NCBI GenBank assembly: GCA_965208125.1
Contig: OZ242320.1
Location: 2,400,001-2,464,000, forward strand
Reading direction: 5' to 3'
DNA length: 64,000 nt
Origin: Candidatus Latescibacterota bacterium
GTDB lineage: Bacteria > Latescibacterota > UBA2968
The notes under the pieces were generated by a model. It did not search any database. It had not been told where the DNA came from and saw nothing but the letters and a program-made list of their open reading frames with translations. The stretch's first letter is position 1. Each line of letters opens with the position of its first letter. The position numbers and the translations under genes were made by a program. Positions 1 to 10,371 of the stretch are shown here, piece by piece.

Positions 1-90
1 GGTTCCGCGAAGCTCTGCCTGGTATTTGGTGTCGTCGCCGCAACCAATTAGTAAGGCACAAAAGACGAGTGTTATAGATGTGCGCAACAT
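1..90 (-). CDS. Lipoprotein, N-terminal part (runs off window start)
   Basis: Minus-strand ATG at 90 preceded by CAGGAG RBS; reads MLRTSITLVFCALLIGCGDDTKYQAELRGT with lipobox LIG-C. Confidence 0.75.
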   Translation of the reverse strand, partial: MLRTSITLVFCALLIGCGDDTKYQAELRGT

Positions 91-220
91 AAAAATCTCC
101 TGTCAAAACATCGATGCAAATAGAATCCGTCATTATCCCGCCGCGAACAATAAAAAGGGAATTAGTGCCTTGTCAAGGACAAACTGTTGTGTGTAGCAGG
201 TTCTCGTTCTATATTTTGAT

Positions 221-319
221 CCGCAGATGAACGCAGATGGACGCAAATGTGTAGGGGCAGTGCCTCGTGCCTGCCCGCCAGATGAACGCAGGTGTGTAGG
301 GGCGAGGCATGCCTCGCCC
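221..319. repeat. REP-like cluster: two GTAG-type REP hairpins interleaved with CAGATGAACGCA repeats
   Basis: GTAGGGGCAGTGCCTCGTGCCTGCCC (251-276), GTAGGGGCGAGGCATGCCTCGCCC (296-319), CCGCAGATGAACGCAGATGGACGCA (221-245). Confidence 0.75.
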
Positions 320-350
320 GTCATTGCCTTTAAATGGGAGAATATTTGAA

Positions 351-1286
351 ATGGAAGAGATGGCGCACAGACCAAAGCGGTCTTTGAGAAGCTATGTTGG
401 TATTGCATTGAGGGGCGTGTGTATGGGGGCTGCCGATGTTGTGCCCGGCGTGTCGGGGGGCACGATGGCGCTGATTACGGGGATTTATGAAGAGCTGATT
501 CTTTCGATCCGGTCTTTTGACACGCGATCTGCGAGGCTTCTGATTGGGTTGCGAATAAGAGAGTTGCTCGGTTATGTGCGATGGCCTTTTTTGTGCGCGC
601 TGGTCACGGGGATTCTCGTTGCGTTTTTTTCTTTGTCGCGCGCGATTACTTATTTGCTGGAGAATGAGCCTGTTTTTCTGTGGTCTTTTTTCTTTGGGCT
701 GGTGCTGGCGTCCGTTTTTACGGTGGGGAGGCGCATTCCGCAGTGGAATTTGAAAATGTTTTTGGGTGCTGTTGGCGCAACGCTGTGCGCGTATTTTTTG
801 GTCGGGTTGGTGCCGGTTGAAATGCCGCATAGCCCACCGTATATTTTTGGTTCTGCTATGGTTGCGATTTGCGCGATGATTTTGCCCGGTATTTCGGGGT
901 CCTTTGTGCTGGTTTTGCTGGGGCAATATCCATATCTTCTCAACGCGGTCAATACGTGGGATCTGTTTACAATCGCGCTTTTTGGTTCAGGGGCTGTGGT
1001 GGGGCTGATGGCTTTTTCGCGCGTTCTGAACTGGTTTTTTCGGCATTATCACGATTTGACGATTGCGCTGTTGACCGGGTTGATGCTGGGGTCGCTCAGG
1101 AAGATCTGGCCGTGGAAAGAGACGCTGGAGACGATGGTCAATAGGCACGGCGAGGTGGTGCCTATAGTTCAGGTGAATGCGTTGCCCGAGGCGTGGTCAG
1201 GCGAGGTGATGGGGGCAATAGGACTCGCGCTTTTGGGGCTGGTGCTGGTGCTCGTTCTCGAGCGTTTGGCCAGGCGCGGGGAGTGA
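351..1286 (+). CDS. DUF368 family membrane protein
   Basis: MGAADVVPGVSGGTMALITGIYEELI and AMILPGISGSFVL motifs; multiple TM helices; start moved to ATG 351 because the ORF-track start lies inside a REP. Confidence 0.9.
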   Translation: MEEMAHRPKRSLRSYVGIALRGVCMGAADVVPGVSGGTMALITGIYEELILSIRSFDTRSARLLIGLRIRELLGYVRWPFLCALVTGILVAFFSLSRAITYLLENEPVFLWSFFFGLVLASVFTVGRRIPQWNLKMFLGAVGATLCAYFLVGLVPVEMPHSPPYIFGSAMVAICAMILPGISGSFVLVLLGQYPYLLNAVNTWDLFTIALFGSGAVVGLMAFSRVLNWFFRHYHDLTIALLTGLMLGSLRKIWPWKETLETMVNRHGEVVPIVQVNALPEAWSGEVMGAIGLALLGLVLVLVLERLARRGE

Positions 1287-1372
1287 GATTCTGATTTTTT
1301 CTTGACAGGTCCGCATTTTGGAAAATAGATTGTGACGAGAATTTTTTTCATCCTTAAACTATCGAGGTAGAT

Positions 1373-2266
1373 ATGGCAAATTCAGATTACACAATTGGCG
1401 TGGTTGGCGTTGGGCGAATGGGCGCGAATATTGCGCGTCATCTCAACGATGAGGGGTTTTCGGTCGAGGCGGTGTACGATGTTCGCGCAGAGGTCGCATC
1501 GGATCTTGCCAGCGAGTTGGGTTGTGAGGCGCATACAGAACTCGCGGGTGTGACGGCTGCTGCAGATTATATTATTACGGTTGTGACAGATGACGCTGCA
1601 ATGGGGACCATTTATGCCGAGTCTGGCGATAGTCTGCTGCAGGGTGCTCAGGGCAAGGTTTTTATTAATTGCGCGACGATTACGCCACAGATTCACGTGG
1701 ATGTGGAAGGTCTTGCAGAGCAGGCGGGGGCAAATAGTCTGGAGGGGTGCATGGCCAGTAGTATTACACAGGCGCGCGAAGGTACGCTTTATTTGATGTG
1801 TGGCGGTAAGCGCGCTGTTTTTGACCAGGCGAGTCCGATTCTCGAGTCTATGAGTACAAATTTGATCTATATCGGCGAAGCGGGGCAGGCAGCGCAGGTC
1901 AAGGCGCTCGTCAATATGGTTATGAATATCAATACCGCTGGTCTGGCAGAGGGGCTGGGGTTGGGCGCTGCGCTCGGTCTGGATTTGAATATGCTCATGG
2001 AGGTGTTTTCGCAAACGGGGGCAAATTCCCGCGTGCTGGAGACCGATGGGGAAGATATGGTCATTCGCGATCACGAATGTTATTTTTCTGCCGATCATGC
2101 GGCAAAAGATTCTGGTATTGCGCTTTCGCTCGCTCAGGACGCGGGTGTCAATCTGCCATTGGCAGAGGCGACAAAAGCCCAGTTTGAGCTTTTGAAAGAG
2201 AAGGGCAAGGGCGATTTGGACAAATCGGGTGTTGCCGAGTTGACTTTCCCGGGGCGAGATGATTAG
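1373..2266 (+). CDS. NAD(P)-dependent oxidoreductase, beta-hydroxyacid (3-hydroxyisobutyrate) dehydrogenase family
   Basis: GVVGVGRMG Rossmann motif; GAGQAAQVKALVN-like catalytic Lys segment; late KD motif. Confidence 0.85.
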   Translation: MANSDYTIGVVGVGRMGANIARHLNDEGFSVEAVYDVRAEVASDLASELGCEAHTELAGVTAAADYIITVVTDDAAMGTIYAESGDSLLQGAQGKVFINCATITPQIHVDVEGLAEQAGANSLEGCMASSITQAREGTLYLMCGGKRAVFDQASPILESMSTNLIYIGEAGQAAQVKALVNMVMNINTAGLAEGLGLGAALGLDLNMLMEVFSQTGANSRVLETDGEDMVIRDHECYFSADHAAKDSGIALSLAQDAGVNLPLAEATKAQFELLKEKGKGDLDKSGVAELTFPGRDD

Positions 2267-3457
2267 GTGATGCAGACACGAGATTTCATAGCGGCTATTG
2301 ACCGAGAGTGGGTGGCTGATCGGACCCTGGAGTTGGTCGATATATACAGTGTCACGATGGATGAAGCCGAAGTCTGCCGCGCGTATTGCGATATGATGTG
2401 TGGGATTGGTCTGGATGTGGATGTGCGAGAGGTTACTCCGGGGCGGAATAATCTCTATGCGCGTATCGCGGGGCAGGGGGATGGCCCCTCCCTGATGCTC
2501 AATGGGCATCTCGATACGATTCCCGTGGGGGATTGTCCGCCCGCTCGTCGCGAGGGCAACCGCGTGTACGGTCGGGGGGCGACCGATATGAAGGGGGGGA
2601 TGGCTGCGGCTTTGGGCGCAGTTAAGGCGCTCATGGAAAGTGGCGTGGAATTGCGGGGTGATCTGTGGCTGACGGCAGTTGTGGGGCACGAGGAGGTCGA
2701 GGCGCAAAAGGACGGGCCATGGGCGCTGATTGCCGATCGCAATAGCGGCCGGATTGGCGGAGACCGGATTTTGATTGTCGAGGGCCGCGATGCGCTGTGG
2801 GTGATGAGCATGGGGTCGATGGTTTTTACCATCACGCTCGAATCAGATGCTGGCGGCAGGCACACGCAGTACGTGCCTTTTGCGGAGAATCCGATCCGCT
2901 TTGTGGGCGCGCTTATCGAGCGAATTCATCATTATCAACTTGAGCTTGACGCTGGACCAGCACACGCTCTTGCCGGGGCAGAGCGAGTCGATCTGGGCAT
3001 TGTCACCGGGGGCGACTATTTTAATCGCACGCCCCTGTGTTGTACGCTGACCGGGACCCGGCGCTGGTTGCCGGGGCGCACCGCGCCACAGGTGTTGGCG
3101 GAGTTGGAAGACCTGGCGCGGCCATTTGCCGAGGCTGGAGAGTTGCGCCTGCGGGTCGAGATGGAGCACGATCGCGAGCCTTTTGATACCCGTGCCGACG
3201 ATGCGGCAGTGCAGGCGGTGGCCCGGGCGCATACACAGGTGACGGGCCATGATGCAGAGCTGGTGGGGATGAGGATTGTGGGGGATGCCAATTTATACGT
3301 GCACGGGACGGGGGTGCCGACTTTTTACTACGGTCCCTCGAATGAGACGGCACACGCAGATGTGGAGTGGGTGGAGGTGGATCGGTTGGAGAAAGCCGCG
3401 CAGGTGTACGCGTTGGCTGCGGCTGACTATTGTGGTCTTGTGGGAGAGGAAGGGTAG
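2267..3457 (+). CDS. M20 family metallo-hydrolase (ArgE/DapE-like)
   Basis: LNGHLDTIP, GRGATDMKGG, HEE and C-terminal AHADVEWV motifs. Confidence 0.9.
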   Translation: MMQTRDFIAAIDREWVADRTLELVDIYSVTMDEAEVCRAYCDMMCGIGLDVDVREVTPGRNNLYARIAGQGDGPSLMLNGHLDTIPVGDCPPARREGNRVYGRGATDMKGGMAAALGAVKALMESGVELRGDLWLTAVVGHEEVEAQKDGPWALIADRNSGRIGGDRILIVEGRDALWVMSMGSMVFTITLESDAGGRHTQYVPFAENPIRFVGALIERIHHYQLELDAGPAHALAGAERVDLGIVTGGDYFNRTPLCCTLTGTRRWLPGRTAPQVLAELEDLARPFAEAGELRLRVEMEHDREPFDTRADDAAVQAVARAHTQVTGHDAELVGMRIVGDANLYVHGTGVPTFYYGPSNETAHADVEWVEVDRLEKAAQVYALAAADYCGLVGEEG

Positions 3458-3482
3458 GGGTTTAACGTTCCGTACAAAAGAC

Positions 3483-3516
3483 AAAAGGGCTGTGCAATGA
3501 GTGCGCAGCCTTTTTT
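3483..3516. terminator. Bidirectional intrinsic terminator
   Basis: AAAAGGGCTGTGCA-ATGAG-TGCGCAGCCTTTTTT between convergent genes. Confidence 0.75.
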
Positions 3517-3517
3517 G

Positions 3518-4387
3518 TTACCTGTTGGTGTCTTTTGGGAGGTCGAGGTATTTGACAAAGGCCACTTCGTTGCGCGCTTCGTTGTAGATCAATTCGTCTG
3601 CGCTGGTTTTGACCATTAGCAGGCCAAAGCCGCCCGGGCGCAACCCCTGGTTTTCTCTGACGCTCATGTGGGCGATGGGATCGTCGGGGTTGTTGAGAGC
3701 CGCATGTTCGAGTTCATCCATGTCAAAGCCCGATCCGGGATCTGCTATGCGAAACATGAGCATGCGTTCAAAGCGGAGAAATGCGATTCGAACCTTTTTG
3801 CTCGGGTCGAGTTGCCCGCCCCATTCAATGGCATTGGCGAGGAGTTCGTAGAATGACATCGCGATGGTCTCGCGGAGGTCTTCGGGCAAGTCGGCTTCCA
3901 GTTGCATGACAAAATTGCGCATCCGTCCCGCTGATTTTTGATCACAGGGCACCAGAAGCTCAACCCAGTTTGGGGTTGCCGATGTCACTTCGATAATTGT
4001 TTCCTGGCGACTTGCGCCGAGGCCGTCCTGGACAATGCGTGTCAATTCCTGGGGGTCTATGGGTTTTGGGATATAGTGATATGCCTGTTCGCGGATTGCT
4101 TTGAGGAGGGTGTCTGAGGTGTCATCGGAGGTCATGACAATGACTGGCGGTGGTGAGGGCAGGGTTTTTACTTTTGACAATAATTCCAAACCGTTGAGTC
4201 CGGGCATCCATATATCTGTAAGTAGCAAGTCGAATGGGGTTTTGGCGATTCGGTCATAAGCCTTTTTCCCATCGGTTACTGTTTCTGTTGTGTACCCGGC
4301 ATCTTCGAGTATGGCTTCTACCAGCACTCTGGTTGGGCCGTCGTCTTCGGCGATCAGTATTTTGGACATGTCTGGTGCTCGGTTCAA
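3518..4387 (-). CDS. Response regulator fused to RsbW-type anti-sigma kinase (HATPase_c_2) domain
   Basis: REC: ILIAEDD, LLTDIWMPG, KP; C-terminal ELLANAIEWG, DPGSGFD, GGFGL. Confidence 0.85.
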   Translation of the reverse strand: MNRAPDMSKILIAEDDGPTRVLVEAILEDAGYTTETVTDGKKAYDRIAKTPFDLLLTDIWMPGLNGLELLSKVKTLPSPPPVIVMTSDDTSDTLLKAIREQAYHYIPKPIDPQELTRIVQDGLGASRQETIIEVTSATPNWVELLVPCDQKSAGRMRNFVMQLEADLPEDLRETIAMSFYELLANAIEWGGQLDPSKKVRIAFLRFERMLMFRIADPGSGFDMDELEHAALNNPDDPIAHMSVRENQGLRPGGFGLLMVKTSADELIYNEARNEVAFVKYLDLPKDTNR

Positions 4388-5115
4388 AAGGAATATGTGA
4401 GTTCTTTGAGTGCGTTTTGAACTGCGGATAACTCGCGTTCGAGTGCCTGGCAGGTTTCGGAAGCCTGGCTCAAGTTGTCCGTTTTACCCATTTGCTCGAG
4501 TGCGAAAGCTGTTTCGTATGCTGCTTTGGCGTCAAAATTGGCCACGGAACCCTTTAGCGCGTGGGCTGCCTGGCGCAGGTCTTCGGGCGATTGCTGGTCA
4601 ATTGCCCGATGCAATGCGGCGATATGGTCGGGTAATTCTTTTAGGAAAACATCTACCATTTTTTTAAAAATTTGTTTTCTGCCACCTACCCGTGTCATGA
4701 TACCATCAATGTCAACAGGAGGTGTTTGGGAAGCGGCAGGCACATTCAAATTTTGCAAGACGGCAACGAGAAGGTCTGCGCGGACAGGGCGGATTAGCGT
4801 TGCTGTGGCACCTGCGTTGAGACAGGGTTGATCGTATTTTTCGTGTGATACGAGACCAATAATGGGAATGCCCGATTGCGCCCGCGCAATTTGTTGTTCA
4901 ATATTTTCACACTCATCTATGTCGATCATCGCGAAACGGTAAGACAGGGCTTTCTCGGGTAGTTCGGAAACCGCCACAACCCGATAGCCTTTTTGCTCGA
5001 GGAGCGCGTAGAGCAGGTGGCGATGGATGGGGTTGCGGTCTATAATGAGCGCGTCGCAAGATGTTGGGAGATCGGCCATCGAATCTGACTCCAGGAATGT
5101 GAAAAAATCATCCAC
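4384..5115 (-). CDS. Degenerate receiver + Hpt phosphotransfer protein
   Basis: Weak REC at N-terminus; Hpt motif AAHALKGSVANF. Confidence 0.8.
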   Translation of the reverse strand: MDDFFTFLESDSMADLPTSCDALIIDRNPIHRHLLYALLEQKGYRVVAVSELPEKALSYRFAMIDIDECENIEQQIARAQSGIPIIGLVSHEKYDQPCLNAGATATLIRPVRADLLVAVLQNLNVPAASQTPPVDIDGIMTRVGGRKQIFKKMVDVFLKELPDHIAALHRAIDQQSPEDLRQAAHALKGSVANFDAKAAYETAFALEQMGKTDNLSQASETCQALERELSAVQNALKELTYSF

Positions 5116-5287
5116 ATAATAGGTACAACAGATTGGCAGTTTATGTCAACCACAATTGTTTGAGGTTGTGGGTAGTTCAAACTAATAGAAAGAAGTAGAT
5201 TTTTGGTTGACTTCTGTTTTTGTGTTTGCAATCTTAATGGCAAATGGTTTCCCACAATCGCTATTCCGATAGTATCAGGAGGTGTTT

Positions 5288-5527
5288 ATGGATCTTAAGG
5301 ATTTGGACCGTATCCACGAGGAACAGGCAGAGAGACAAAAGTTCAAAAGCATTCTTCAACGTTTTGAAGAAGGGAACAATTTGAGGAATGGGTTTATTGT
5401 TATTGCCATTGTGATTGCCCTGGTCATTGTGATTTACGGTTTGAAAGAAATGAATTTTCTCTTTGAATCTATTCCGGGTGGTGACCCGGTAGAACAAGTA
5501 ACGCCCCGAGACACAGAGGGTGAATAG
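5288..5527 (+). CDS. Small single-TM hypothetical protein
   Basis: AGGAGG RBS before ATG 5288; one hydrophobic helix FIVIAIVIALVIVIYG. Confidence 0.6.
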   Translation: MDLKDLDRIHEEQAERQKFKSILQRFEEGNNLRNGFIVIAIVIALVIVIYGLKEMNFLFESIPGGDPVEQVTPRDTEGE

Positions 5528-5543
5528 GGCTTCCTGAAAGCTT

Positions 5544-8441
5544 ATGATGGATAAACGCGATACACATACGATTGATTCTACTGGTGGCTTTCAACAGATT
5601 CGAAATGCGTTAGACGCATTGCAGCGGAGCGAAGAGCGTCTAACACACGCGCTCGAAGCCGGTGGGATTGGTCTGTTTGATTGGGATATACAGAACGATC
5701 GCGCCGTGTGTACAGACCGGTATTTCGAAATTTTTGGTTTTCCCCCACGGGATACGATGGTCTCTGAGGCCGAGTGGTTGGCATGTATTCATCCAGATGA
5801 TCGCGATCGCGCACAGAGGGAGGTCAGGCAAACCCTTGGAGGACGCGCGCCTTATGACACGGAATATAGAATTATGCAGGCCAATGGCGAGGTGAGATGG
5901 GTCAGCAGCAAAGCCAAAGTGTTTTTTGATGCGGGTGAAGAAGTGCCGGTTCGCATGATTGGTGCGGTGGCCGATATTACCCGGCAAAAGCGAGCAGAAG
6001 GTGCGCTCGGCGAGCAGGTGACTTTTCAGAACGCGCTTATACAGGTCAGTCGCGCCGTGCAGCAGATGACGCGGCCAGAGCATCTCGAGGTGGTTGTTCG
6101 CGTGTGTAGAGAACAGTTGCTGGCTCTCGATGTATCCGTTGTCGCCATTGCCGTGCATCGATTGCTCGATCCCAAGACGCGTACTTTTGAAACGCACGAG
6201 GTGATGCCTTCGGGGGAGATCAATCGCATGGTGCGCCAGGTGCCGAATGTTTACCGGATGTGGCAACAGCAAAAAACAATTTACCGCGAGAATCTCGTAG
6301 AAAATATGGGGGGGTTGTCACAGGTGGGTTTCAAGGCCATAGCTGCGCGATACGGGGTTGAGGTGCGGTGTATTCTCGATATTCCCCATGTGCGGGGCAC
6401 AATGGCTTTGATGAGTGATACTATTTCTGCTTTTTCAGAGGCTGAGGTTTTGTTTTTGGAAAGCATTGCAGAACAGGTCTCGATGGGTATTACCCGTTTA
6501 GATGACCTCGAGCGCCTTGAGGCGCAGAACAAAGAGCTTGAAAATGCCCGTATAGCAGCCGAAGCAGCAAATCAGGCCAAGAGCCAATTTTTGGCCAATA
6601 TGAGCCACGAGATTCGCACGCCGATGAACGGCATTATGGGGATGATCGAGTTGCTGGGCAATACCGAGTTGACTGAGCGGCAAAAGGAATACGCCGATCT
6701 CGCTTATAATTCGGCAGATACGTTGCTCGTATTGCTCAACGATATTCTCGATCTGTCCAAGGTGGAGGCTGGCAAGCTCGAATTGGAAAGCCTTCCGTTC
6801 GCGCTGAGAGATACGCTTGGCGATACGTTGCAAACACTGGCTGTTCGGGCGAGTGAGAAGGCGCTTGAGTTGACCTATCGGATTGCGCCAGAGGTCCCCG
6901 ACGACCTGATAGGGGATCCCATTCGCCTGAGACAGGTCGTCGTCAATCTGGTGGGCAATGCCATCAAGTTTACGGATCGAGGGGGTGTGGATATCGATGT
7001 TGACCTGATAGAGGTGCGCGAGGAGGATGCAAAACTGCGTTTTGAGGTGCGCGATACGGGTATTGGTATTCCAGTACAGGTACAACAGCAGATATTTAGC
7101 GCGTTTGATCAGGCAGACAGTTCCACGACGCGGCAATATGGCGGCACGGGGCTTGGTTTGACTATTTCTGCCCAATTGGTCGAGCTGATGGGTGGAAAAC
7201 TCGATGTGAAAAGCGAGCCGGACAAGGGCAGTGTTTTCTTTTTTGAAGCCAATTTTTCGCGTCGCACCAGCGGTGTGTTGTACCGGGATGTTTTGCCCGA
7301 TACATTGCACGGTATGCCCGTATTGGTCGTTGATGATAACAATACCAATCGGGTGATTTTTGAAGAGATGTTGTCCTGCCATGGTTTGAAACCCGCTCTG
7401 GCTGAGAATGGTCAGATAGCATTGGAAGAGTTGTTGCGCGCACAACAGGCGGGTAGTCCATATCCACTGGTTCTGCTCGACGCGGAAATGCCCGTTATGG
7501 ACGGTTACGCGCTCGCCAGGCAGATTGCCGGTGACGCAACGCTGAAATACACGCGCGTGGTGGTGTTGACTTCTGCTGGCCGCCCGGAGGTGGCTGCTAC
7601 CAGCGAAATGCTGGCCGGACATCTGTCCAAACCCATCAAGCAATCCGATCTTTTTAATTTGATCGCTGACATATTTGAGGAATCTGCGTCAGATGCTTTG
7701 GGGGTAGATGATGTTATAACTGAGAAGACGCAAAAATCTCTGCGCATATTATTGGCCGAAGACGGTCTGGTCAACCAGCGCGTTGCCATTGATATGTTGC
7801 ACCAGCGCGGTCACACAATCGTTGTGGCAAATAATGGTGTGGAGGCTCTGGAAGCACTTGATAAAGACGATTCATTTGATCTGGTGTTAATGGATGTACA
7901 AATGCCCGAACTGGATGGTCTTGAAGCCACCAAAGAAATTCGCAAGCGAGAAAAGGAATCGGGAGGGCATATTCGAATTGTTGCGATGACGGCCGATGTA
8001 ATGAAGGGCGACCGCGAGCTTTGCATAGCGGCTGGCATGGATGGGTTTGTCGCCAAACCACTTCGATCTCGCCTCCTTTACGATGCGGTAGAAGCGACGG
8101 GGCCCGCCGGGCAGCAGACGCTCAATTGGGAGGCTTCATTGCAACATGTTGGCGGGAATGTGGCGCTACTCGTGCGGCTATCCGAGATGTTTTTAGAGAC
8201 GAGGGGCGATTTGATAGGCCTTCTTGACGACACAGAAACGCTTCGCCAGGGGGCGCGTGAATTAAAAGAAAATGCCGAATTGTTTTACGCGGATGACGCG
8301 AGGGAGGTTGCCGTGAAGATTGAAGCGTTGGCAAAGGATGAAAATTGGTCAGGTGCTAAGCGCCTTGTGGCAGATTTGAGAGCGCATGTGGAATCTCTTG
8401 CAGCCGAGCTTGAGGTGCAAGGAGATTTGGGTCACAAATAG
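5544..8441 (+). CDS. Hybrid sensor histidine kinase (PAS-GAF-like-HisKA-HATPase-REC-REC-Hpt-like)
   Basis: IHPDD PAS; [15 protein letters not shown]; [10 protein letters not shown]; GGTGLGL; two REC domains. Confidence 0.95.
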   Translation: MMDKRDTHTIDSTGGFQQIRNALDALQRSEERLTHALEAGGIGLFDWDIQNDRAVCTDRYFEIFGFPPRDTMVSEAEWLACIHPDDRDRAQREVRQTLGGRAPYDTEYRIMQANGEVRWVSSKAKVFFDAGEEVPVRMIGAVADITRQKRAEGALGEQVTFQNALIQVSRAVQQMTRPEHLEVVVRVCREQLLALDVSVVAIAVHRLLDPKTRTFETHEVMPSGEINRMVRQVPNVYRMWQQQKTIYRENLVENMGGLSQVGFKAIAARYGVEVRCILDIPHVRGTMALMSDTISAFSEAEVLFLESIAEQVSMGITRLDDLERLEAQNKELENARIAAEAANQAKSQFLANMSHEIRTPMNGIMGMIELLGNTELTERQKEYADLAYNSADTLLVLLNDILDLSKVEAGKLELESLPFALRDTLGDTLQTLAVRASEKALELTYRIAPEVPDDLIGDPIRLRQVVVNLVGNAIKFTDRGGVDIDVDLIEVREEDAKLRFEVRDTGIGIPVQVQQQIFSAFDQADSSTTRQYGGTGLGLTISAQLVELMGGKLDVKSEPDKGSVFFFEANFSRRTSGVLYRDVLPDTLHGMPVLVVDDNNTNRVIFEEMLSCHGLKPALAENGQIALEELLRAQQAGSPYPLVLLDAEMPVMDGYALARQIAGDATLKYTRVVVLTSAGRPEVAATSEMLAGHLSKPIKQSDLFNLIADIFEESASDALGVDDVITEKTQKSLRILLAEDGLVNQRVAIDMLHQRGHTIVVANNGVEALEALDKDDSFDLVLMDVQMPELDGLEATKEIRKREKESGGHIRIVAMTADVMKGDRELCIAAGMDGFVAKPLRSRLLYDAVEATGPAGQQTLNWEASLQHVGGNVALLVRLSEMFLETRGDLIGLLDDTETLRQGARELKENAELFYADDAREVAVKIEALAKDENWSGAKRLVADLRAHVESLAAELEVQGDLGHK

Positions 8442-8454
8442 GAAGGAAAACAAG

Positions 8455-8799
8455 ATGGCTTTTGAAGAAACAATGCAGGGGAATATTCGCATTATAAAGC
8501 TCGACGGTCAGGTGACAGACCGCGAGATGTCGGCGTTGGCCGATTATGTAACTGAATTTCTCGAAGAGAATAATGGGATGAAAGTGGTTCTGGATTTGGG
8601 ACAGGTGCGGTGGTTAAACAGCATGGCATTTGGGGTTTTGACCGCGCTTTTGCAGCGTTTGCGCAAGGCCAATGGCGATTTGAAACTCGCCAATGCCCAC
8701 GATCATGTGATCAGTGTTTTTGTGCAGACGCAGTTGATTAAAATTTTTGATCTACACAATTCCGTAGATGAGGCTGTTGCGGCATTTCAGGCGGCGTGA
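8455..8799 (+). CDS. STAS-domain anti-sigma factor antagonist
   Basis: VVLDLGQVRWLNSMAFG with phospho-acceptor Ser; ATG 8455 after GGAAGGA. Confidence 0.85.
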   Translation: MAFEETMQGNIRIIKLDGQVTDREMSALADYVTEFLEENNGMKVVLDLGQVRWLNSMAFGVLTALLQRLRKANGDLKLANAHDHVISVFVQTQLIKIFDLHNSVDEAVAAFQAA

Positions 8800-8849
8800 A
8801 TCTTTTTCTTGCCTGAGAATGAAATTGTGGTATTTTTTTAGACAGCAAA

Positions 8850-8928
<79 letters not shown>

Positions 8929-8935
8929 AAATCAG

Positions 8936-8970
8936 AAAGCCCGTCAATCGGTGGTGATCGACGGGCTTTT
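8936..8970 (+). terminator. Intrinsic terminator after tRNA-Pro
   Basis: AAAGCCCGTC...GACGGGCTTTT stem followed by T-rich tract. Confidence 0.8.
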
Positions 8971-8973
8971 GTT

Positions 8974-9053
8974 TGAAGTTGCCCCGTTTTGATGGAGTAT
9001 TTAGGGCTTGGGTTCAAGCCTGCGAAGGTACCCGCCGAAACGGATCAAGTCCA
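8974..9053. mobile_element. Mini-element E1 with IS3-like terminal inverted repeats (MITE)
   Basis: Left TGAAGTTGCCCCGTTTTGATGGAGTA; right end (rc) TGGACTTGATCCGTTTCGGCGGGTAC; 80 bp. Confidence 0.75.
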
Positions 9054-9164
9054 AAATTAGGATCAGAAAATGACCAAGAAAAACCCAAAAGAAAAAAGAG
9101 ACCCATTAGTGCAGTCTCTGGTGTGGTAATTGTTGCCAAAATAGCGACTCGACAAATCAAAAAA

Positions 9165-9710
9165 TCATCTCAGAAGTAATTTTACTTCTGGATACTTTCC
9201 TTTTTCCCTCCAAAGCACATTGTTCTGGTGCGACATTAGAATTAACTCCTGTCCATCCGAAAATATCCAGCTTGATGCAAAATCCCCTCTGTTTATTCCA
9301 TCGCTGGCATGATCAAACTTTATAGTGCTATGTGGTGGACCTATATCTTTTTCAAATACGATGGAGTATTTTTCAAAAACTCCAAAGCATGCGGCCTTTC
9401 CTCTGCACAATAAAAATTCTCCATCGCGTTTTAAATCAGACAATACAATGCCCATAGAAGAATCGTGCAGAAAATATGGCTCTGATGGTTTCTGATATAC
9501 TGGTTTAGTATATTCGGAAGAAGAGGAATCATAAGAGATAGACGAATACCTTTGTGATCTATCAATCCAATAATCCAGAGCAATCAAAACTATTATGCCC
9601 AAGACACATAAAAAACCAAACAACTTCTGTTTCCATTCAACATGATATTGTTTTTCCTTGGTATGGCCCGACTTTTTTCCTTCATTGGAACTTGTATCGC
9701 GCGAACTCAT
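9165..9710 (-). CDS. Hypothetical single-TM protein (low-GC cargo)
   Basis: 181-aa ORF, one TM helix, no recognised motif. Confidence 0.55.
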   Translation of the reverse strand: MSSRDTSSNEGKKSGHTKEKQYHVEWKQKLFGFLCVLGIIVLIALDYWIDRSQRYSSISYDSSSSEYTKPVYQKPSEPYFLHDSSMGIVLSDLKRDGEFLLCRGKAACFGVFEKYSIVFEKDIGPPHSTIKFDHASDGINRGDFASSWIFSDGQELILMSHQNNVLWREKGKYPEVKLLLR

Positions 9711-10116
9711 GGGTAGTTTCCTTTGTTTCGCAGATGCAGACCGTGTGCTTTTTCCAAGTGACTTTGGTGAGTCTTACTGGATAAGCACACGATCTTTTAT
9801 TAGTAATGCTATAAAGCTAAATTGTCATAATGATATGTCAAGTTAAATTTGGGTAGTGTCTCAGTTTGAAATTTCAGGGCATATCTGCCTTTAGACTGGA
9901 TAGCCTAAAAACCGCATCTTTGTGCAATGCAGATAGGCTATCAAAAGCAGATTTGATTCTCGCAAGGTCGCTTTTCATTTCCCCATTCTCATCATGTGGT
10001 CCGCCAATTTATTACTCATTTCTGGATATTTGGACTCGCGGTATCTGACACCATCGGCAATTATTTCTGCCACCCGCGCGGCTTATTCTGCCCTCGTTTT
10101 TTGAAGTTCCTTCAGA

Positions 10117-10234
10117 TGAAATTATCCCGCTTGAGTGGATAGTGTAGAAGTTTCAATCCCATCATCCTGTGCCATTGGTTTTTCATTGGTGATGAGTGAT
10201 TTATGATGTTATCCATCAAAATGGGTCAAGTCCA
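10117..10234. mobile_element. Mini-element E2 with IS3-like TIRs
   Basis: Left TGAAATTATCCCGCTTGAGTGGATAG; right (rc) TGGACTTGACCCATTTTGATGGATAA; 118 bp. Confidence 0.7.
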
Positions 10235-10247
10235 ATCAAACAAATAC

Positions 10248-10276
10248 TTGAACATAGTCATAAAAGGCTTTATAGT
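10248..10276 (+). promoter_or_regulatory. Putative sigma70 promoter of the nuclease-like cassette
   Basis: TTGAAC-N17-TATAGT. Confidence 0.5.
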
Positions 10277-10371
10277 GCGCGTTTCCTGAAATTGATGGAC
10301 AAACATGATGGTACTCCCTATTCCATACGATTTGAGTTGTTTACCTGAAAATAAAAAAGGAGAAAAATAAA

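Noticed and set aside
133-408. 91-aa minus-strand ORF
   Set aside because: Translation of REP-like repeats overlapping the DUF368 start
1382-2707. Long antisense ORFs here and at 6498-7643, 30551-31504, 37905-39359 and 40831-41769
   Set aside because: Shadows of well-supported genes on the opposite strand; no motifs
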